DNA of 64,000 nucleotides from Nitrosopumilaceae archaeon (lineage in GTDB: Archaea > Thermoproteota > Nitrososphaeria > Nitrososphaerales > Nitrosopumilaceae). The number at the start of each line of letters is the position of its first letter. Within the stretch, counting starts at the first letter, position 1. Where the stretch lies: assembly GCA_965214835.1 (NCBI GenBank), contig CBDCCK010000002.1:992001-1056000 (forward strand), read 5' to 3'. The notes beneath the pieces are model-generated. The model saw only the letters and a program-made list of their open reading frames with translations, did not search any database and was not told where the DNA came from. Below, piece after piece: positions 9,909 to 20,716 of this stretch. The translations under genes were made by a program, and so were the position numbers.

Positions 9909-11147
9909 TCAGATTCTTTTTTCTATCTCCCTCCTGATTATTTTTGCGATTCTTTTTTTGTTTTTCCAGCCCGACGATACCGACTTTTCCCCGTCCACGA
10001 TCAAGACCTCGTTGCACGAGGGATTCTGCCTGTATTTTGGACTTCCAATGTCGTTTGCTATGATCATGTCTGCGCCGGACTCCCTCAGTCGAGCCCTGCC
10101 CCTCCTCTCCAGCTCCCCCCTGGAGATGTTCGTCTCTGCCTTGAATCCCACCAGGAACGCATCCTTCTGCCTCTGCCTGATCTGGTCTAGAATCTTGGGA
10201 ACCTGCTTGAGCCTTATCGAGATCTGCCTTTTGCCGCTTTTGATCTTGGTCCTGGATCGTTTTACCGGCGTATAGTCTGATGCGGCAGCTGCCATTATCA
10301 CGATATCATATCTCTTTGAAAGCTCCCTCCTGATTGCCAGACTCATCTCCCGCGTGGTCCTTACCGGAACCACCCTTGCGGCCCTCGGGGGGGACTCTGT
10401 GCCCGGGCCATAAACCATGGTTACATGCGCGCCTGCCGCAATCATCTCCGAGGCTAGGAGCACGCCTGTCCTGCCGCTGCTGAGGTTCGTGATCACCCTT
10501 GCCGGATCTATGTGCTCCACGGTCGGCCCCGCCGAGATCAGCACCCTCTTTTTGTAAAGCCTTGAGGAGAACCCGAACCTTCTCAGGACAAAGTCCAGCA
10601 CCTGCTCGGGTTCGGCGGCCTTTGCCTTTCCCTCGATAACCTGCGGATTGACAAAGTCAACCCTGTTTTTTAGAAAGGCCATGTTGCTCCTTATCGCGGG
10701 ATTCTCATACATTGACTCGTGCATTGCAAGGGATACTATAATCGGGATCTTGGAGCCGAGGCCCACCGTCAGCACCGTGGATACCGGGGTGTCATCTATC
10801 CCGTTTGCAAGCTTTCCAAGCGTGTTGGCAGTGGAGGGATACACGATTATCATGTCTGACTGCCCATAGTCTGCCAGCTTGATGTGCTCCAGATCCCCCG
10901 TCAGCTTTGTGACTGGCTTGTTGCCTGTGGCCCATCTGAAGTAGTCCGGCCGGATCAGCCTTGTTGCCGCGCTGCTGGCAACGCATGTCACGTCGGCACC
11001 GTGCCTCATCAGTAGCCTTGCCAGCTCGACTGACTTGTATGCCGCAACGCTTCCGGATATGCACAGGACAATCCTTTTGCCTGACAGCTCCACCCCGTTT
11101 GACTCTACGATATCCAGGGACGGGTGTTTATTCCTGTAATTTTTCAT
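9909..11147 (-). CDS. coaBC: Phosphopantothenoylcysteine decarboxylase/ligase
   Basis: ISGSVAAYK, TANTLGKLANGIDD, ISAGPT.E.IDP.R.ITN.SSG, GFKAET. Confidence 0.95.
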   Translation of the reverse strand: MKNYRNKHPSLDIVESNGVELSGKRIVLCISGSVAAYKSVELARLLMRHGADVTCVASSAATRLIRPDYFRWATGNKPVTKLTGDLEHIKLADYGQSDMIIVYPSTANTLGKLANGIDDTPVSTVLTVGLGSKIPIIVSLAMHESMYENPAIRSNMAFLKNRVDFVNPQVIEGKAKAAEPEQVLDFVLRRFGFSSRLYKKRVLISAGPTVEHIDPARVITNLSSGRTGVLLASEMIAAGAHVTMVYGPGTESPPRAARVVPVRTTREMSLAIRRELSKRYDIVIMAAAASDYTPVKRSRTKIKSGKRQISIRLKQVPKILDQIRQRQKDAFLVGFKAETNISRGELERRGRARLRESGADMIIANDIGSPKYRQNPSCNEVLIVDGEKSVSSGWKNKKRIAKIIRREIEKRI

Positions 11148-11967
11148 CCAGCCTTCCCGACTCCGACTCGTCCATTGAAAACCAGTTTTCCTCCAGGGGG
11201 AACCGTCCGGACTTTATGTCGCCGACGTAGCTGCCCACCGATCTCGTGATCTCCTCTGACAGGTTGCTGTATTTTTTTACAAATTTCGGGCTTATTTTCT
11301 CATACATGCCAAGCAGGTCATGTGCGACAAGCACCTGCCCGTCACAGCCTGCCCCCGAGCCTATTCCTATCGTTGGAATCCTCAGCGAGTCCGAGATGGC
11401 CTTTGCGGCCTGGCGACTGACCATTTCCAGCGTTATGCCAAACGCCCCCGCCTCCTCTAGCGCCCTTGCGTCCTGAATCAGCTCCTGGGCCGACTCGGCG
11501 GTCTTTGCCCGAACCCTGTACCCGTCAGCCAGCATGGCCGTCTGTGGCTGCAGTCCGATGTGCCCCATTACCGGGATTCCGACCTCGACGATTGCCCTGA
11601 CCGTTGCTGCCATCTCAGAGCCCCCCTCAAGCTTTACGGCATCGCCTCCCGCCCTGATCAGCCTCCCCGAGTTTGCAATGGCATCTGAGATGCCTGCCTG
11701 GTAGGACATAAACGGCAGATCGGCCACTATGAGGGAGCTCCTTCTTGCGCGGCCCACTGCCCCGGTAAAGAGGCACATCTGCTCGACGGTGACGGGGATT
11801 GTACTGTCATAGCCCAGCATGACCATTCCGGCGCTGTCCCCGACCAGCATGATGTCAACGCCTGCCCTGTCGCAGAGGCATGCCATCGTATAGTCGTATG
11901 CCGTAATTGCCGAGACCTTTTCCCCGGACTCCTTCATCCGGACTATGTCGCCGACGGTCTTATGCAA
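11128..11967 (-). CDS. panB: Ketopantoate hydroxymethyltransferase
   Basis: TAYDY, LVGDSAGM, ADLPFMSY, VKLEGG, GHIGLQPQ, IGIGSG..CDGQVLV; TTG start inferred. Confidence 0.95.
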   Translation of the reverse strand: MHKTVGDIVRMKESGEKVSAITAYDYTMACLCDRAGVDIMLVGDSAGMVMLGYDSTIPVTVEQMCLFTGAVGRARRSSLIVADLPFMSYQAGISDAIANSGRLIRAGGDAVKLEGGSEMAATVRAIVEVGIPVMGHIGLQPQTAMLADGYRVRAKTAESAQELIQDARALEEAGAFGITLEMVSRQAAKAISDSLRIPTIGIGSGAGCDGQVLVAHDLLGMYEKISPKFVKKYSNLSEEITRSVGSYVGDIKSGRFPLEENWFSMDESESGRLDEKLQE

Positions 11968-12724
11968 TCCTTGCCCTCCTGGCCAGGTGGTCTTTGATCT
12001 CATCGATGCTGGCCCTTAGGTTCCTCTTGTTGTCAAAGCCGTCTAGGATCCTTTGGGCATGCCTCCGGTTTTTCTTCGATAGTCTCTTTGATTCGTTGAG
12101 AAGGGCGGCCATGCCCCTTGTCACGTTGTCTACTATTGTAATTGATGACTTCTGCGCGGTTCTGGAGAGCGGATTCAGATCAAATGTAATTACAGTCTTG
12201 CCCGCCCCGACTAGCGCCTCTGCCCTGTCCCCGTCCTCCAGTGGCACCAGGACAACGTCTGCCGAGTAGATTCCATCGGCATCCACGATTCTCCTGGCGC
12301 TGTCCAGGCCCGATAGCCTCACACCGTGTTTCTCCCTGTCGCCCAAGACCTGCCCCGCCCCCGCCTTCTTTAGCTCCCTGATGATTTTTTGCTTGCGGGC
12401 CTTGCTTGCATAGAAGATATTTACCTCGATTTTTGAGTCCGTTGCGCCTGCCAGTGACACGATCTCCCTTGGGCAGAGTGCCGCAAGGTTTCCATTGACT
12501 GAGATTACCGGGCTGTCTGCCAGTATCAGGCATGCAGCGGCCGCCTTGATGGCCGATCTGGCCGGCCTTGCAGTCTTTTCACCCATCAGATAGTCAAACG
12601 CCTCCCCCCTGCCGTGGGCCAGCAGGCCCTCCCTTGCAACCAGTCCCCTGTCAAAGCCTGAAACCAGCCTCTCCCTTACGAGCAATGACTGGGCCCTGGG
12701 ATGTGACTTTGGAATTGCCGTCAT
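11960..12724 (-). CDS. pps: Phosphopantothenate synthetase (archaeal)
   Basis: IPKSHPR..SL..RE, AHGRGEAFDYL.GE, VPLEDGDR, DLNPLSRT. Confidence 0.93.
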   Translation of the reverse strand: MTAIPKSHPRAQSLLVRERLVSGFDRGLVAREGLLAHGRGEAFDYLMGEKTARPARSAIKAAAACLILADSPVISVNGNLAALCPREIVSLAGATDSKIEVNIFYASKARKQKIIRELKKAGAGQVLGDREKHGVRLSGLDSARRIVDADGIYSADVVLVPLEDGDRAEALVGAGKTVITFDLNPLSRTAQKSSITIVDNVTRGMAALLNESKRLSKKNRRHAQRILDGFDNKRNLRASIDEIKDHLARRARIA

Positions 12725-12731
12725 GATACAG

Positions 12732-13628
12732 TCATCTGGTCAGTCTTGCACCGCACTGGTCTATTTCTGAGTTAATTATGATTGCATCCCTGTACCTTGC
12801 CGCAATGTCCAGCACCTCTTGCACCACACTGCTGGGAACCAGGGAAAAAACCGTCTCTCCAAACAGTGCTATTCCGCACTTGATTCCATTGGCCTGCAGG
12901 TCGTCTACGACCCTTTTCATCCTGGGGGTCACCACGTTGACATAGCTTGCAAACTCAAGCGACATGTCCTGGAACTGGCCCTGGTTTTTTGTCTCCATTA
13001 GCGTATCAACCATCCTTCCGCCAAGTCCGTTGATCTCCGATAGCCTGTCCCTGAGAAAGTCCGTGGTGGAGACTGGCGCAAAGCAGACCATGACGGCAGA
13101 TATATCTGATGACTCTATCTTTTCGACCCTCCCTATTCCCGGGGCGCCCGGTCTGATCCTGATTTCAAACCCGCCGTGGTATGAGGCCAGCACGTCGCCC
13201 AGTCCGGTCTTGCACAGTACCTCTGCTGCATGTGCAATCCTTCCAATCTCCTCCCTTGGAAGATGGGTTTGCAGTGCCTCGTCTAGTGCATATGCCAGCG
13301 AAAGGGCGACTGCCCCACTGCATCCCAACCCGTATCCTACGGGAACAGAAATCTCGTGTCTGACATCAATGAGGAGTCTATCCGGATTTAGTTTTTGAAA
13401 CTGCCTGATTACAAACTCGGAGACCCTCGTATCACCAACATCAAAGCCTTCTGTAGATATTTTATACTCCGGGGTGTCGCTTTGCCTGACAGACACCGTA
13501 GTCGTTACGCCGTTTTTGATCGAAAACCCCGCCCCCAGCGAGCCCGTATTTTCCAGACTCTGCGAGTCATCCATCTCTGCCTTGAAGAATCCTGTTACGT
13601 GTGCAGGGCAAAACGCCTGTCCCTCCAT
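12732..13628 (-). CDS. pok: Pantoate kinase (GHMP family)
   Basis: AFCPAHVTGFF, GSLGAG, PVGYGLGCSGA, TGLGDV. Confidence 0.92.
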   Translation of the reverse strand: MEGQAFCPAHVTGFFKAEMDDSQSLENTGSLGAGFSIKNGVTTTVSVRQSDTPEYKISTEGFDVGDTRVSEFVIRQFQKLNPDRLLIDVRHEISVPVGYGLGCSGAVALSLAYALDEALQTHLPREEIGRIAHAAEVLCKTGLGDVLASYHGGFEIRIRPGAPGIGRVEKIESSDISAVMVCFAPVSTTDFLRDRLSEINGLGGRMVDTLMETKNQGQFQDMSLEFASYVNVVTPRMKRVVDDLQANGIKCGIALFGETVFSLVPSSVVQEVLDIAARYRDAIIINSEIDQCGARLTR

Positions 13629-13692
13629 GATCGGAATTTAAATTTTACAGAAGATATAAGAATATGGCTTAAATTAATTAAACTAGTATAAA

Positions 13693-14673
13693 TTGCCTAA
13701 ATTTGTCCGGCGGCTGCAAAAGATAGGAAACAGCATCCTAGTATCGCTTCCAAAGGAATGGATCGATGCCAACAGCCTTGAAAAGGGCAGTCAGGTGGAG
13801 CTTGAAACCGGACACAACAGCATCTCGATTACTGCCAGTAAGGAGTACCGTCCGGCAAAGGAGCTGGTGATTTCATATCCACTGCCGTCTGAGGAGAACA
13901 TCGTTGCCGACATTACCGGCGGCTACCTGCTTGGATATGATGCAATTACCATAAAGTCCGGAAAGTCAATCCCAAGCGAGGACAGGGAAAAGGTCCGTGA
14001 TTCCATGAGGAGGCTGGTTGGCATGGAGATCGTCGAGGAGTCTGCATCAAACATCCAGATGCAGTTCCTGTTGGATGCCAGCACCATAAGTCCGGACAAG
14101 ATTCTAAAGCGGATCAGCTCCATCGCACTGGGAATGTTCAACGACGTCCTGATGAGCCTGATATCTGCCGACAGATCCAACCTCTCCACCCTGCAGAACC
14201 GTGATCTCGAGGTAAACAGGCAGTACTTTCTCCTTGTAAGGCTGATTCGCAGCACCCTGGTCGACACAAGGCTTGCAAACACGTTCAACCTAGAGAACAT
14301 CGACATTCTTGACTATAGGATCGCCGCAAACCTGCTGGAAAACGGAGGCGATACGATCGTCGAGCTTGGCAGGGCTATACTGTCCACAAAAACCACCGGC
14401 AGGGAGCTGAAAAAGCTATATGGAGCGGCAAAGGATCTTGAGGACATCTGCAACAAATCCATTGACTCCTTTGTGAACCACGACAGGCCACTTGCAATAG
14501 AGGCCATAGCCTCGCACAGGCAGTATCAGGACTCCCTGTCGGCAATCCGCAGCTCGGAGGGCCAGGGGCAGCCCTCGATTGACCTTCTCGATCTTGTATA
14601 CATGTTTGAGCGCGTGGGAAAGTCCTGGGAGGATATAGTCGATCTTGTCAAGCCGATATATGCAGAGTCCTAG
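13693..14673 (+). CDS. AbrB/PhoU-family phosphate uptake regulator
   Basis: RRLQKIGNSILVSLPKEW AbrB head; PhoU-like EVNRQYF and ER.G..WEDI. Confidence 0.9.
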   Translation: MPKFVRRLQKIGNSILVSLPKEWIDANSLEKGSQVELETGHNSISITASKEYRPAKELVISYPLPSEENIVADITGGYLLGYDAITIKSGKSIPSEDREKVRDSMRRLVGMEIVEESASNIQMQFLLDASTISPDKILKRISSIALGMFNDVLMSLISADRSNLSTLQNRDLEVNRQYFLLVRLIRSTLVDTRLANTFNLENIDILDYRIAANLLENGGDTIVELGRAILSTKTTGRELKKLYGAAKDLEDICNKSIDSFVNHDRPLAIEAIASHRQYQDSLSAIRSSEGQGQPSIDLLDLVYMFERVGKSWEDIVDLVKPIYAES

Positions 14674-15200
14674 TACAGCCTTTTCTTTGAGGCATACGTC
14701 ATGACCGCGCAGATGGTCTTGGAGTCCTGAATCCTGCCTGCCCTGATCATCTGCATGACCTTTTTGAGGCTGATCTTTTCCACCGACAGGATCTCGTCCT
14801 CATCCGGCCGCGGCCCCGAGACCCTTTTCAGGCCCGATGCAACATAGCAGTGGATTGCCTCGGTGCTGTATCCGATCGAGGGGTAAAACGTAATCAGGTG
14901 GGTCATCCTCCTGGCACTGTATCCCGTCTCCTCCTGCAGCTCCCTGAACGCGCATTCCCTTGGATCCTCTCCCTTCTCCAAGGTTCCGGCCGGAATCTCC
15001 AGCACGTATCCGTGGGGAAACCTGTGCTGCCTTACCATGATTAGCCTGCCGTCCTCTACTGCCAGCATGGCTGCGGCGCCCCTGTGCTCGATTATCTCCC
15101 GCCTTGCCTTCCTGCCCCCGATCTTCCCCTCGTAGATGCTCAGGCTCAGGATCTTCCCCTCGTATATCCCGGTTTTCTTCAATGATGCTCGAAGATTCAA
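14670..15200 (-). CDS. NUDIX hydrolase (ADP-ribose pyrophosphatase-like)
   Basis: Nudix box GTLEKGEDPRECAFRELQEETGY. Confidence 0.93.
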   Translation of the reverse strand: MNLRASLKKTGIYEGKILSLSIYEGKIGGRKARREIIEHRGAAAMLAVEDGRLIMVRQHRFPHGYVLEIPAGTLEKGEDPRECAFRELQEETGYSARRMTHLITFYPSIGYSTEAIHCYVASGLKRVSGPRPDEDEILSVEKISLKKVMQMIRAGRIQDSKTICAVMTYASKKRLY

Positions 15201-15344
15201 TTGTTATCTAATATGCCTTGCGTGGGGTTGGGTGGTCAGAGTTTATCCCCTGCAGCCAAGTGAAATGTAAATGGGATTTGCTGTTTTTGTCTTGTTATTG
15301 AGGCGTCGTGCTTCCTGCCCAGTTTCTGTTTTTACTCGATTTTT

Positions 15345-15426
15345 GTGCGAGGTCACCCACCCCTGTCAACCAGGCACGAGTTGGCATGTATGACCGTGGT
15401 TTTCATGCCTGGCCAGCAAGGGGATG
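15345..15426 (+). mobile_element. IS66-type MITE family B copy, right end truncated at the IS630 junction
   Basis: GTGCGAGGTCACCCACCCC..AGGCACGAG..TTCATGCCT..CAAGGGGA matches the 19145, 20493 and 63139 copies. Confidence 0.8.
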
Positions 15427-16757
15427 TAGTCAACTCATAAAAAAGTGGATAGTTTTGACAATTGCTTTTGGCCCAAGGGTCTAGGATCAGGCAAACCGTA
15501 CGCGCATGCATGGAAAAACACAGAACTCGCGACATCAGGGGGCAGATTCCTGCCAGGCAAGGCACCCATGCCTTTGCAAGGCGTACCAGACCGGCAAAAG
15601 GTAACGCGGCAGTCCGCCGTTGCGGTCAACCCGCCAGGTATCGGAACATCCTTACCGGAAGGATCTCGCGCCTGGCAACAGCCTTCGCACGGACCGCTCC
15701 ATGCCATCAAGAGTATCGAATATCCCGGCAGACAGCCTTCGCTTTATCTTCCTGTACCGTATCTCGACGGGGTTGAGCTCTGGCGTGTACGGCAGTGTGT
15801 ACTCTAGCAGTGTTTCACCGTCGTACTTTTCCAGCGTCTCCCTTACGCCGGCGGACTTGTGGTATGACGCATTGTCCAGGAATATCAGCACCTTGCCGTA
15901 TCTTTCGTGCACCCCTTCTAAAAAGTCGCAAAAGCTGTAGGTGTTGGTCTTCTCATAGAACATAAAGTAAAACGTCGCAGCTGACAGCACGCCGAGCATG
16001 TACCGGCGCTGCCGTGACAGTGACAGGGGCGCCGTGGCACTCATACCGCGCCTGATCCACCCGTGTTTGGGACTGTTTGAGGTCTTTTGGACGGACTCGT
16101 CTTCTGCCAGCACCGTATACCCTTGTGCCGTCTTTTCCCTGATCAGCCTTTGCGCTGCCTCCTTGAACGCGTTTTGCTTGCGTTTTGAGGCAGCTTTTGG
16201 GTTTTTTGGCCTTGATGTCCTCCACGACAAGCCCAGCTCGCGTGCCAGCAGCCGCGTGCCGCTACTGCTGTACTGCACGCCGAACTTCTTTCTGATGTGC
16301 AGCCTCATCAGGCGCGAGTCCCACAGGCTGCCCTCAAAGCCGCAGTTCCCGGTGCCCGACTTGAGATCCGCGTAAAGCTGGCTCATCTGCGACTCGCTCA
16401 GCTTGTGCTTGCGTCCCCTGCCTGCGCGCTCGTGCCTTGTGTATATTCCCTCCTCCTGTGCGCGGTTGAGCCACCGGGATATGGTGGAAGTTGGCCCGGT
16501 CGAGGCTCTTTGCTATCTGTTCCGTACCGAGGCCGTCCTTGCGTTGCATGTATGCAAGCAGCCTGTTGCGCTTTCTCTTGTCGGTCTTCTTGTACGCCTT
16601 GAGGAGGTAGGAGCGTGACGTGTTTGGCAGGAACTTGCCCCCAGATGCAACGAATTGCTTTTTCTGTGTGTTCATGCATATGCGTGTGGCCTGCCTGATC
16701 TTAGTCTTTGGATCAAAAACAACTGTCAAAATTGTCCGTTTTTTTATGTGTTGACTA
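15427..16757 (-). mobile_element. IS630-family element with long (about 160 bp) imperfect inverted ends
   Basis: TAGTCAACTCATAAAAAA / TTTTTTATGTGTTGACTA ends; IS630 transposase inside. Confidence 0.85.
15652..16676 (-). pseudogene. IS630 transposase, frameshifted
   Basis: DES, LDNASYHK, LPYTPELNPVE motifs; the N-terminal HTH part is in another frame. Confidence 0.85.
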
Positions 16758-16806
16758 CGGTCCCCTTTCTCCAGCTTGATCTGTTTGGTTTCTTCAGACT
16801 TGCTGT

Positions 16807-18060
16807 TTATGGCGCATTTTGCTTGGCTGCAAAAACCATGTTGACGTCCCCCGTTGTATGATAGTATACATCCCTGCCGGTTGACTCCTCCCTGGCTATC
16901 AATCCCCGTGAAAGCAGCTTTTTAGTCAGATGGTTAAAATTCTGAGCAGATGGCTTGCCAAACTGCTTGTAGCTCTTGTTTTGAAACCTGCCCTTTTTAG
17001 CCATCCGTTCCAGCGTCTCTCTGTCCGAGCTTGAAAGATTGATGGCCTCAATTTTTTCACTGGCCATGAAGGACAGCATCTCGATGGCTGTTTTCTCTGG
17101 AATTGTCTTCTCGGAGGGAAATTTTGCATGAAACTTGAGTATGAGATCGCCGCATCTCTTTAGTATGTATCTTGCCTCCCCCTTTGAGACATCATAAAGA
17201 ATGTCTATTACTTTTTCCGGAATGGGAGGCTTTATCTTATTTTTTGAAAGGCTCTTGATTCGTAGTTCTATCATTTCGTGTATCTCTTTTTTTGATAATG
17301 GGCTTAGCTTGACTGGACTTCCAGTTATCATTTCACTTACTCTGCTTGCCTTTCCTTCCAGCAATGAAAATAGGTTTGGCTTGCCAACAAGCACCCACCA
17401 CACTCCGTTGAATCCAGTCAGGGTATCCCTTACCTTGTTTAAAAAATCCACGATATCTGCATCGTCGACAATATCCAGGTTGTTGATTGGAACGACGATG
17501 GCAGAGTAATTCAGCTTGTTTGTGACAAGACTCACCCACTTGCTCATGACCGGAATAATGGATGAGAGGACAACGGCGGTCGGCGCCGTTGTGGCTTTTT
17601 GTCTGCCTATTCCCCCACCTGTCCCGAGAACCTGTATGCTGCCACTCCAGCTGGACTGGATTGTTTGGCTCAACAGCATCTTTGCCTCTCCATGTACTGA
17701 AAACTTGCCCAGTCTTTTTGTCCTGTCATACTTTTCAAGGCTGTGAAACATGTTTGAAAAAACCGAAAGAACAAACTGGACAACGTCCATGTTGCCATCC
17801 AGCTCTATTTTGTCACAGGGAAGATAGCTGTCTGATTTGAGCTTGTCATACAGGCAGATGTTTACAAAGCTCGTCTTGCCTACCCCGACTCCGCCTTCGA
17901 CTATCACCATGCCGCCCCTTGTACTGCTTAGTAGGATGTTAAACTCGTCAAGTGTTTCTGCACGGCCTACGAACAGTTTTCTGTCGCGTGCATCAATTGA
18001 AAGCGGTCTTGGATCATATGGGTTGCCATCCAGCCCAAGATCTGCCCAAATGTTGCCCAT
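16807..18060 (-). CDS. P-loop/AAA+ ATPase with probable C-terminal winged helix, AT-rich
   Basis: NPY, FVGR, Walker A GGVGVGKT, Walker-B-like VVPINNLD, L.PL, G.AR; C-terminal LLSRGLIAREESTGRDVYY. Confidence 0.8.
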   Translation of the reverse strand: MGNIWADLGLDGNPYDPRPLSIDARDRKLFVGRAETLDEFNILLSSTRGGMVIVEGGVGVGKTSFVNICLYDKLKSDSYLPCDKIELDGNMDVVQFVLSVFSNMFHSLEKYDRTKRLGKFSVHGEAKMLLSQTIQSSWSGSIQVLGTGGGIGRQKATTAPTAVVLSSIIPVMSKWVSLVTNKLNYSAIVVPINNLDIVDDADIVDFLNKVRDTLTGFNGVWWVLVGKPNLFSLLEGKASRVSEMITGSPVKLSPLSKKEIHEMIELRIKSLSKNKIKPPIPEKVIDILYDVSKGEARYILKRCGDLILKFHAKFPSEKTIPEKTAIEMLSFMASEKIEAINLSSSDRETLERMAKKGRFQNKSYKQFGKPSAQNFNHLTKKLLSRGLIAREESTGRDVYYHTTGDVNMVFAAKQNAP

Positions 18061-18824
18061 CTTGTGTATTAGGGTACGCCTAGTTTATAAAAATTATTTT
18101 TTTATAAAAAAATTCCTTGATTTTTGTTTTTATAATATACGTAGTTGATCGGGGCCGGCTTTTGGTGAGCCCGTCTCCTCGGCCAAGGCGGGCGGTATGC
18201 CGGGCCGCCCAGTTGACGATCCCGCAAAATACGCGAATGCAAAAACCCAGAGGGCCAAGCAGCTCCACACGATATCCTACTAGGAGATTCCAGAATATGT
18301 AAACGGACAGAGTCAGATCCGCTCTCCATGACGCGATGTTGGAGTGGGACAGGACCAACGACGATGTTGGCTTTGAGATCGTCGATTCTGACGGCGATCT
18401 TAGCATACGCTGGAAACGCTGGATGGCAGGCACCATACTGGGGCAACACTCCCATACTGTACCCGCGGGAGACGGTGATCCTGCCATGCACCAAACAGCT
18501 ATACGGCTACTTTTTTTAAACCTAGAATCCTATGACTCCTCATGAATGAAGGACACCTGCTCATAGTTGCAGAAGAAGACGATGCCAACTTTCAGGTGCT
18601 ACAGTGCAGCGGGTTTGACAAGAGCACTATTCACCGCTTGGGCAGCATGCCATGCATGGTACGCCTGCGACTGCATCGATCATCTGTGCAGGAGCTCAGC
18701 ACGTTTGAGAGGCTGACGGACATGCCCGGACTGCAGGAGCTGTGCAATCTGGTAACAAAAATAAGGGCATGCTATGTCCCCCGACGAAGGCCTATACTGA
18801 TGATCATTGAAAATTTCGCCTCCC

Positions 18825-19909
18825 TTACACGCTGCGCTCAAGATACTTGTAGATGCCAATCTTGATGGAGCACGTCCTAAAGTATTCCGAGACGGCCCTT
18901 TTGAGGTGATCTACCGTGTCATAAAAGGCCGACGTGACCGGCCCGTACTTGGCATCCTTCCAGACTGCCTCCATGGCGCTCAGCTCCGGCCTGGCTACCG
19001 GCAGGTACAGCAGGACAACGTCGGGATTTTTCTTCAGGTACCTGCGGACCTTGCTGGTCTTGTGCTGTATTGCGTTGTCCATCACCATCAGGATCCTTCC
19101 CCACTTTTTGCGTGCCTGTTCGAGATACTTTACAAAGTTTGCGCGTGTGTGGTCACGTCCCCTTGTTAGCTAGGCACGAAAATCACAATCATGCATCTAA
19201 TTCGTGCCTGACTGATGGGGGTAGGTGACCTCGTACGTTTGCGCTGTTGAATTTGTCGTACGTGCGCATCAGCCTGGTTCCGTCGTCTACAATCGTTCCG
19301 TATACCACGACGCGCTCCCTTCTGCCGGATCGTTGCACCTCGATCCTGTCCCCCACGGGCGACCAGAACCTCTTGCCGTCCCTTCCCGCACTGGCGAACA
19401 TCGACTCGTCCTGTACGGTTATCCTAAATCCGCGCCTTTTTGCAAGCTTGATTGCAGCTTTTGCCTCCCTTTGCCACCGTCTTACCGCCTTTGCGTCGGC
19501 AGCATCTGCCAGCCTAGTGGTTGACGTCTTTAGCGAGAATCCCATCGCGTGCAGGATTCTCCTGATGCTTCCCACGCTGTATGTGACGTGTAGCCTGCGG
19601 CGCACCCAGTTGCACAGCTTCTTCGGAGTGAGCTTTTCCATCCTGCGCAGCCTCGTGGCGATCTTTTTTATCCTGCCGACTGGAACCTTTGGTTTTTTGT
19701 CCCTGTTAGGAGTCACGGAGGCCGTCGATGCCGTCAAGCTCAAACCTCTCGATCCACATCTGTACGGTACGCTGTGTCACGTCGGCAATCTCTGCGGTCT
19801 GTGCAGTGGTGTTGCCAAGCAGCACGGAGCGCACCGCCAGGATTCTGGTGTGAATCTTGAGATCCTTTTCGACATGCATGGCATTCGTGAGGATTTTCGT
19901 CTTGTTCAT
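18825..19909 (-). pseudogene. IS630 transposase, frameshifted and interrupted by a MITE
   Basis: Three fragments: HTH (19706-19909), QDES (19189-19743), MDNA..H and LPVARPELSAME (18825-19088). Confidence 0.9.
19145..19236 (-). mobile_element. IS66-type MITE family B (92 bp) inserted in the IS630 transposase
   Basis: TIR GTGTGTGGTCAC / GTGACCTCGTAC; perfect 8-bp TSD GTTTGCGC at 19137-44 and 19237-44. Confidence 0.92.
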
Positions 19910-20365
19910 GCCGGGAGTGACATAGTGGAGAGCTATAAACCTTACAAGATGTGTAATCAGGCGAAATTTTCAATGATCATCAGTATAGCCCTCCCATCTA
20001 CAGGATAATATCGTCTTCCGGAGTAAGCAATCAAGGCAACAGGAGGGCATGGCTTCGCTCAGTGATCCAGCCCGACGTGGGGGGAGGCGTCCTTGCCCGG
20101 AACAGCATATACGGCTTTCAAAGACCGCAGAGCTCCCACCTGCAGAACAGCATCCTGTTTCCTGAGATCAAAAAGATTGCGCAGAGCTGGGGCTTTGACT
20201 TTAGTGGGACGGTGTTTGAATAGAACCAGACAAAATAACTGTCCTGTTTCAAGAATAACACAGCTTCCTATCTGCTGTAAAGTTGCTGTCTGATCCAGAC
20301 CTGCATGCAGCTTTCTTTTTCTACCGTCCTTGAATCTGAGTCAAAGCTAAACATGAGGCCGCTTT

Positions 20366-20487
20366 TAGTCTTCCCAGAAATGCCACACAAAACGGCTCCC
20401 AATCCGAAACGACTCAAATCAACTCGCCTGCAGATCCGCATGTCACCGTCTGCACCGCCATGAACCCGGTTACATCTGTGAAGACTG
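20366..20487. mobile_element. MITE family A (about 120 bp)
   Basis: Ends AGTCTTCCCAGA / TCTGTGAAGACT; core CTGCAGATCCGCA..CTGCACCGCCA shared with other copies. Confidence 0.7.
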
Positions 20488-20492
20488 CCAAA

Positions 20493-20586
20493 GTACGAGG
20501 TCACCCACCTATACCAATCAGGCACGAATTGGCACGTATGACCGTGGTTTTCATGCCTGGCCAGCAGGGGGGCCGTGACCTCGTAC
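20493..20586 (+). mobile_element. IS66-type MITE family B
   Basis: GTACGAGGTCAC ... GTGACCTCGTAC perfect 12-bp TIR; no TSD visible. Confidence 0.85.
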
Positions 20587-20587
20587 C

Positions 20588-20716
20588 GGGGTTGTCGCCT
20601 AATTCCACTTATTTGACCCAATCTGCACGTTTTTCCGAATTTCCGCCCTTTTGCACGCCTGATCATATGGCATCTCAACGGTTTTCGGGGATTCTAGCGA
20701 ATTAGGCGACAACCCC
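20588..20716. mobile_element. MITE family F (129 bp) with 9-bp TSD
   Basis: TIR GGGGTTGTCGCCTAATTC / GAATTAGGCGACAACCCC; TSD CCTCGTACC at 20579-87 and 20717-25. Confidence 0.88.

Larger units (their letters stand above)
18795..19985 (-). mobile_element. IS630-family element
   Basis: Perfect TIR TACTGATGATCATTGAAAATTTCGCCT; TA duplicated at 18793-94 and 19986-87. Confidence 0.92.

Noticed and set aside
18336-18865. Two small ORFs as partners of the ATPase
   Set aside because: No recognisable motifs, and the second runs into an IS630; they cannot be supported as genes.
19706-19743. Programmed frameshift in the IS630 transposase
   Set aside because: No clear slippery run at the junction and the element is also MITE-disrupted; probably decay or a sequencing indel.
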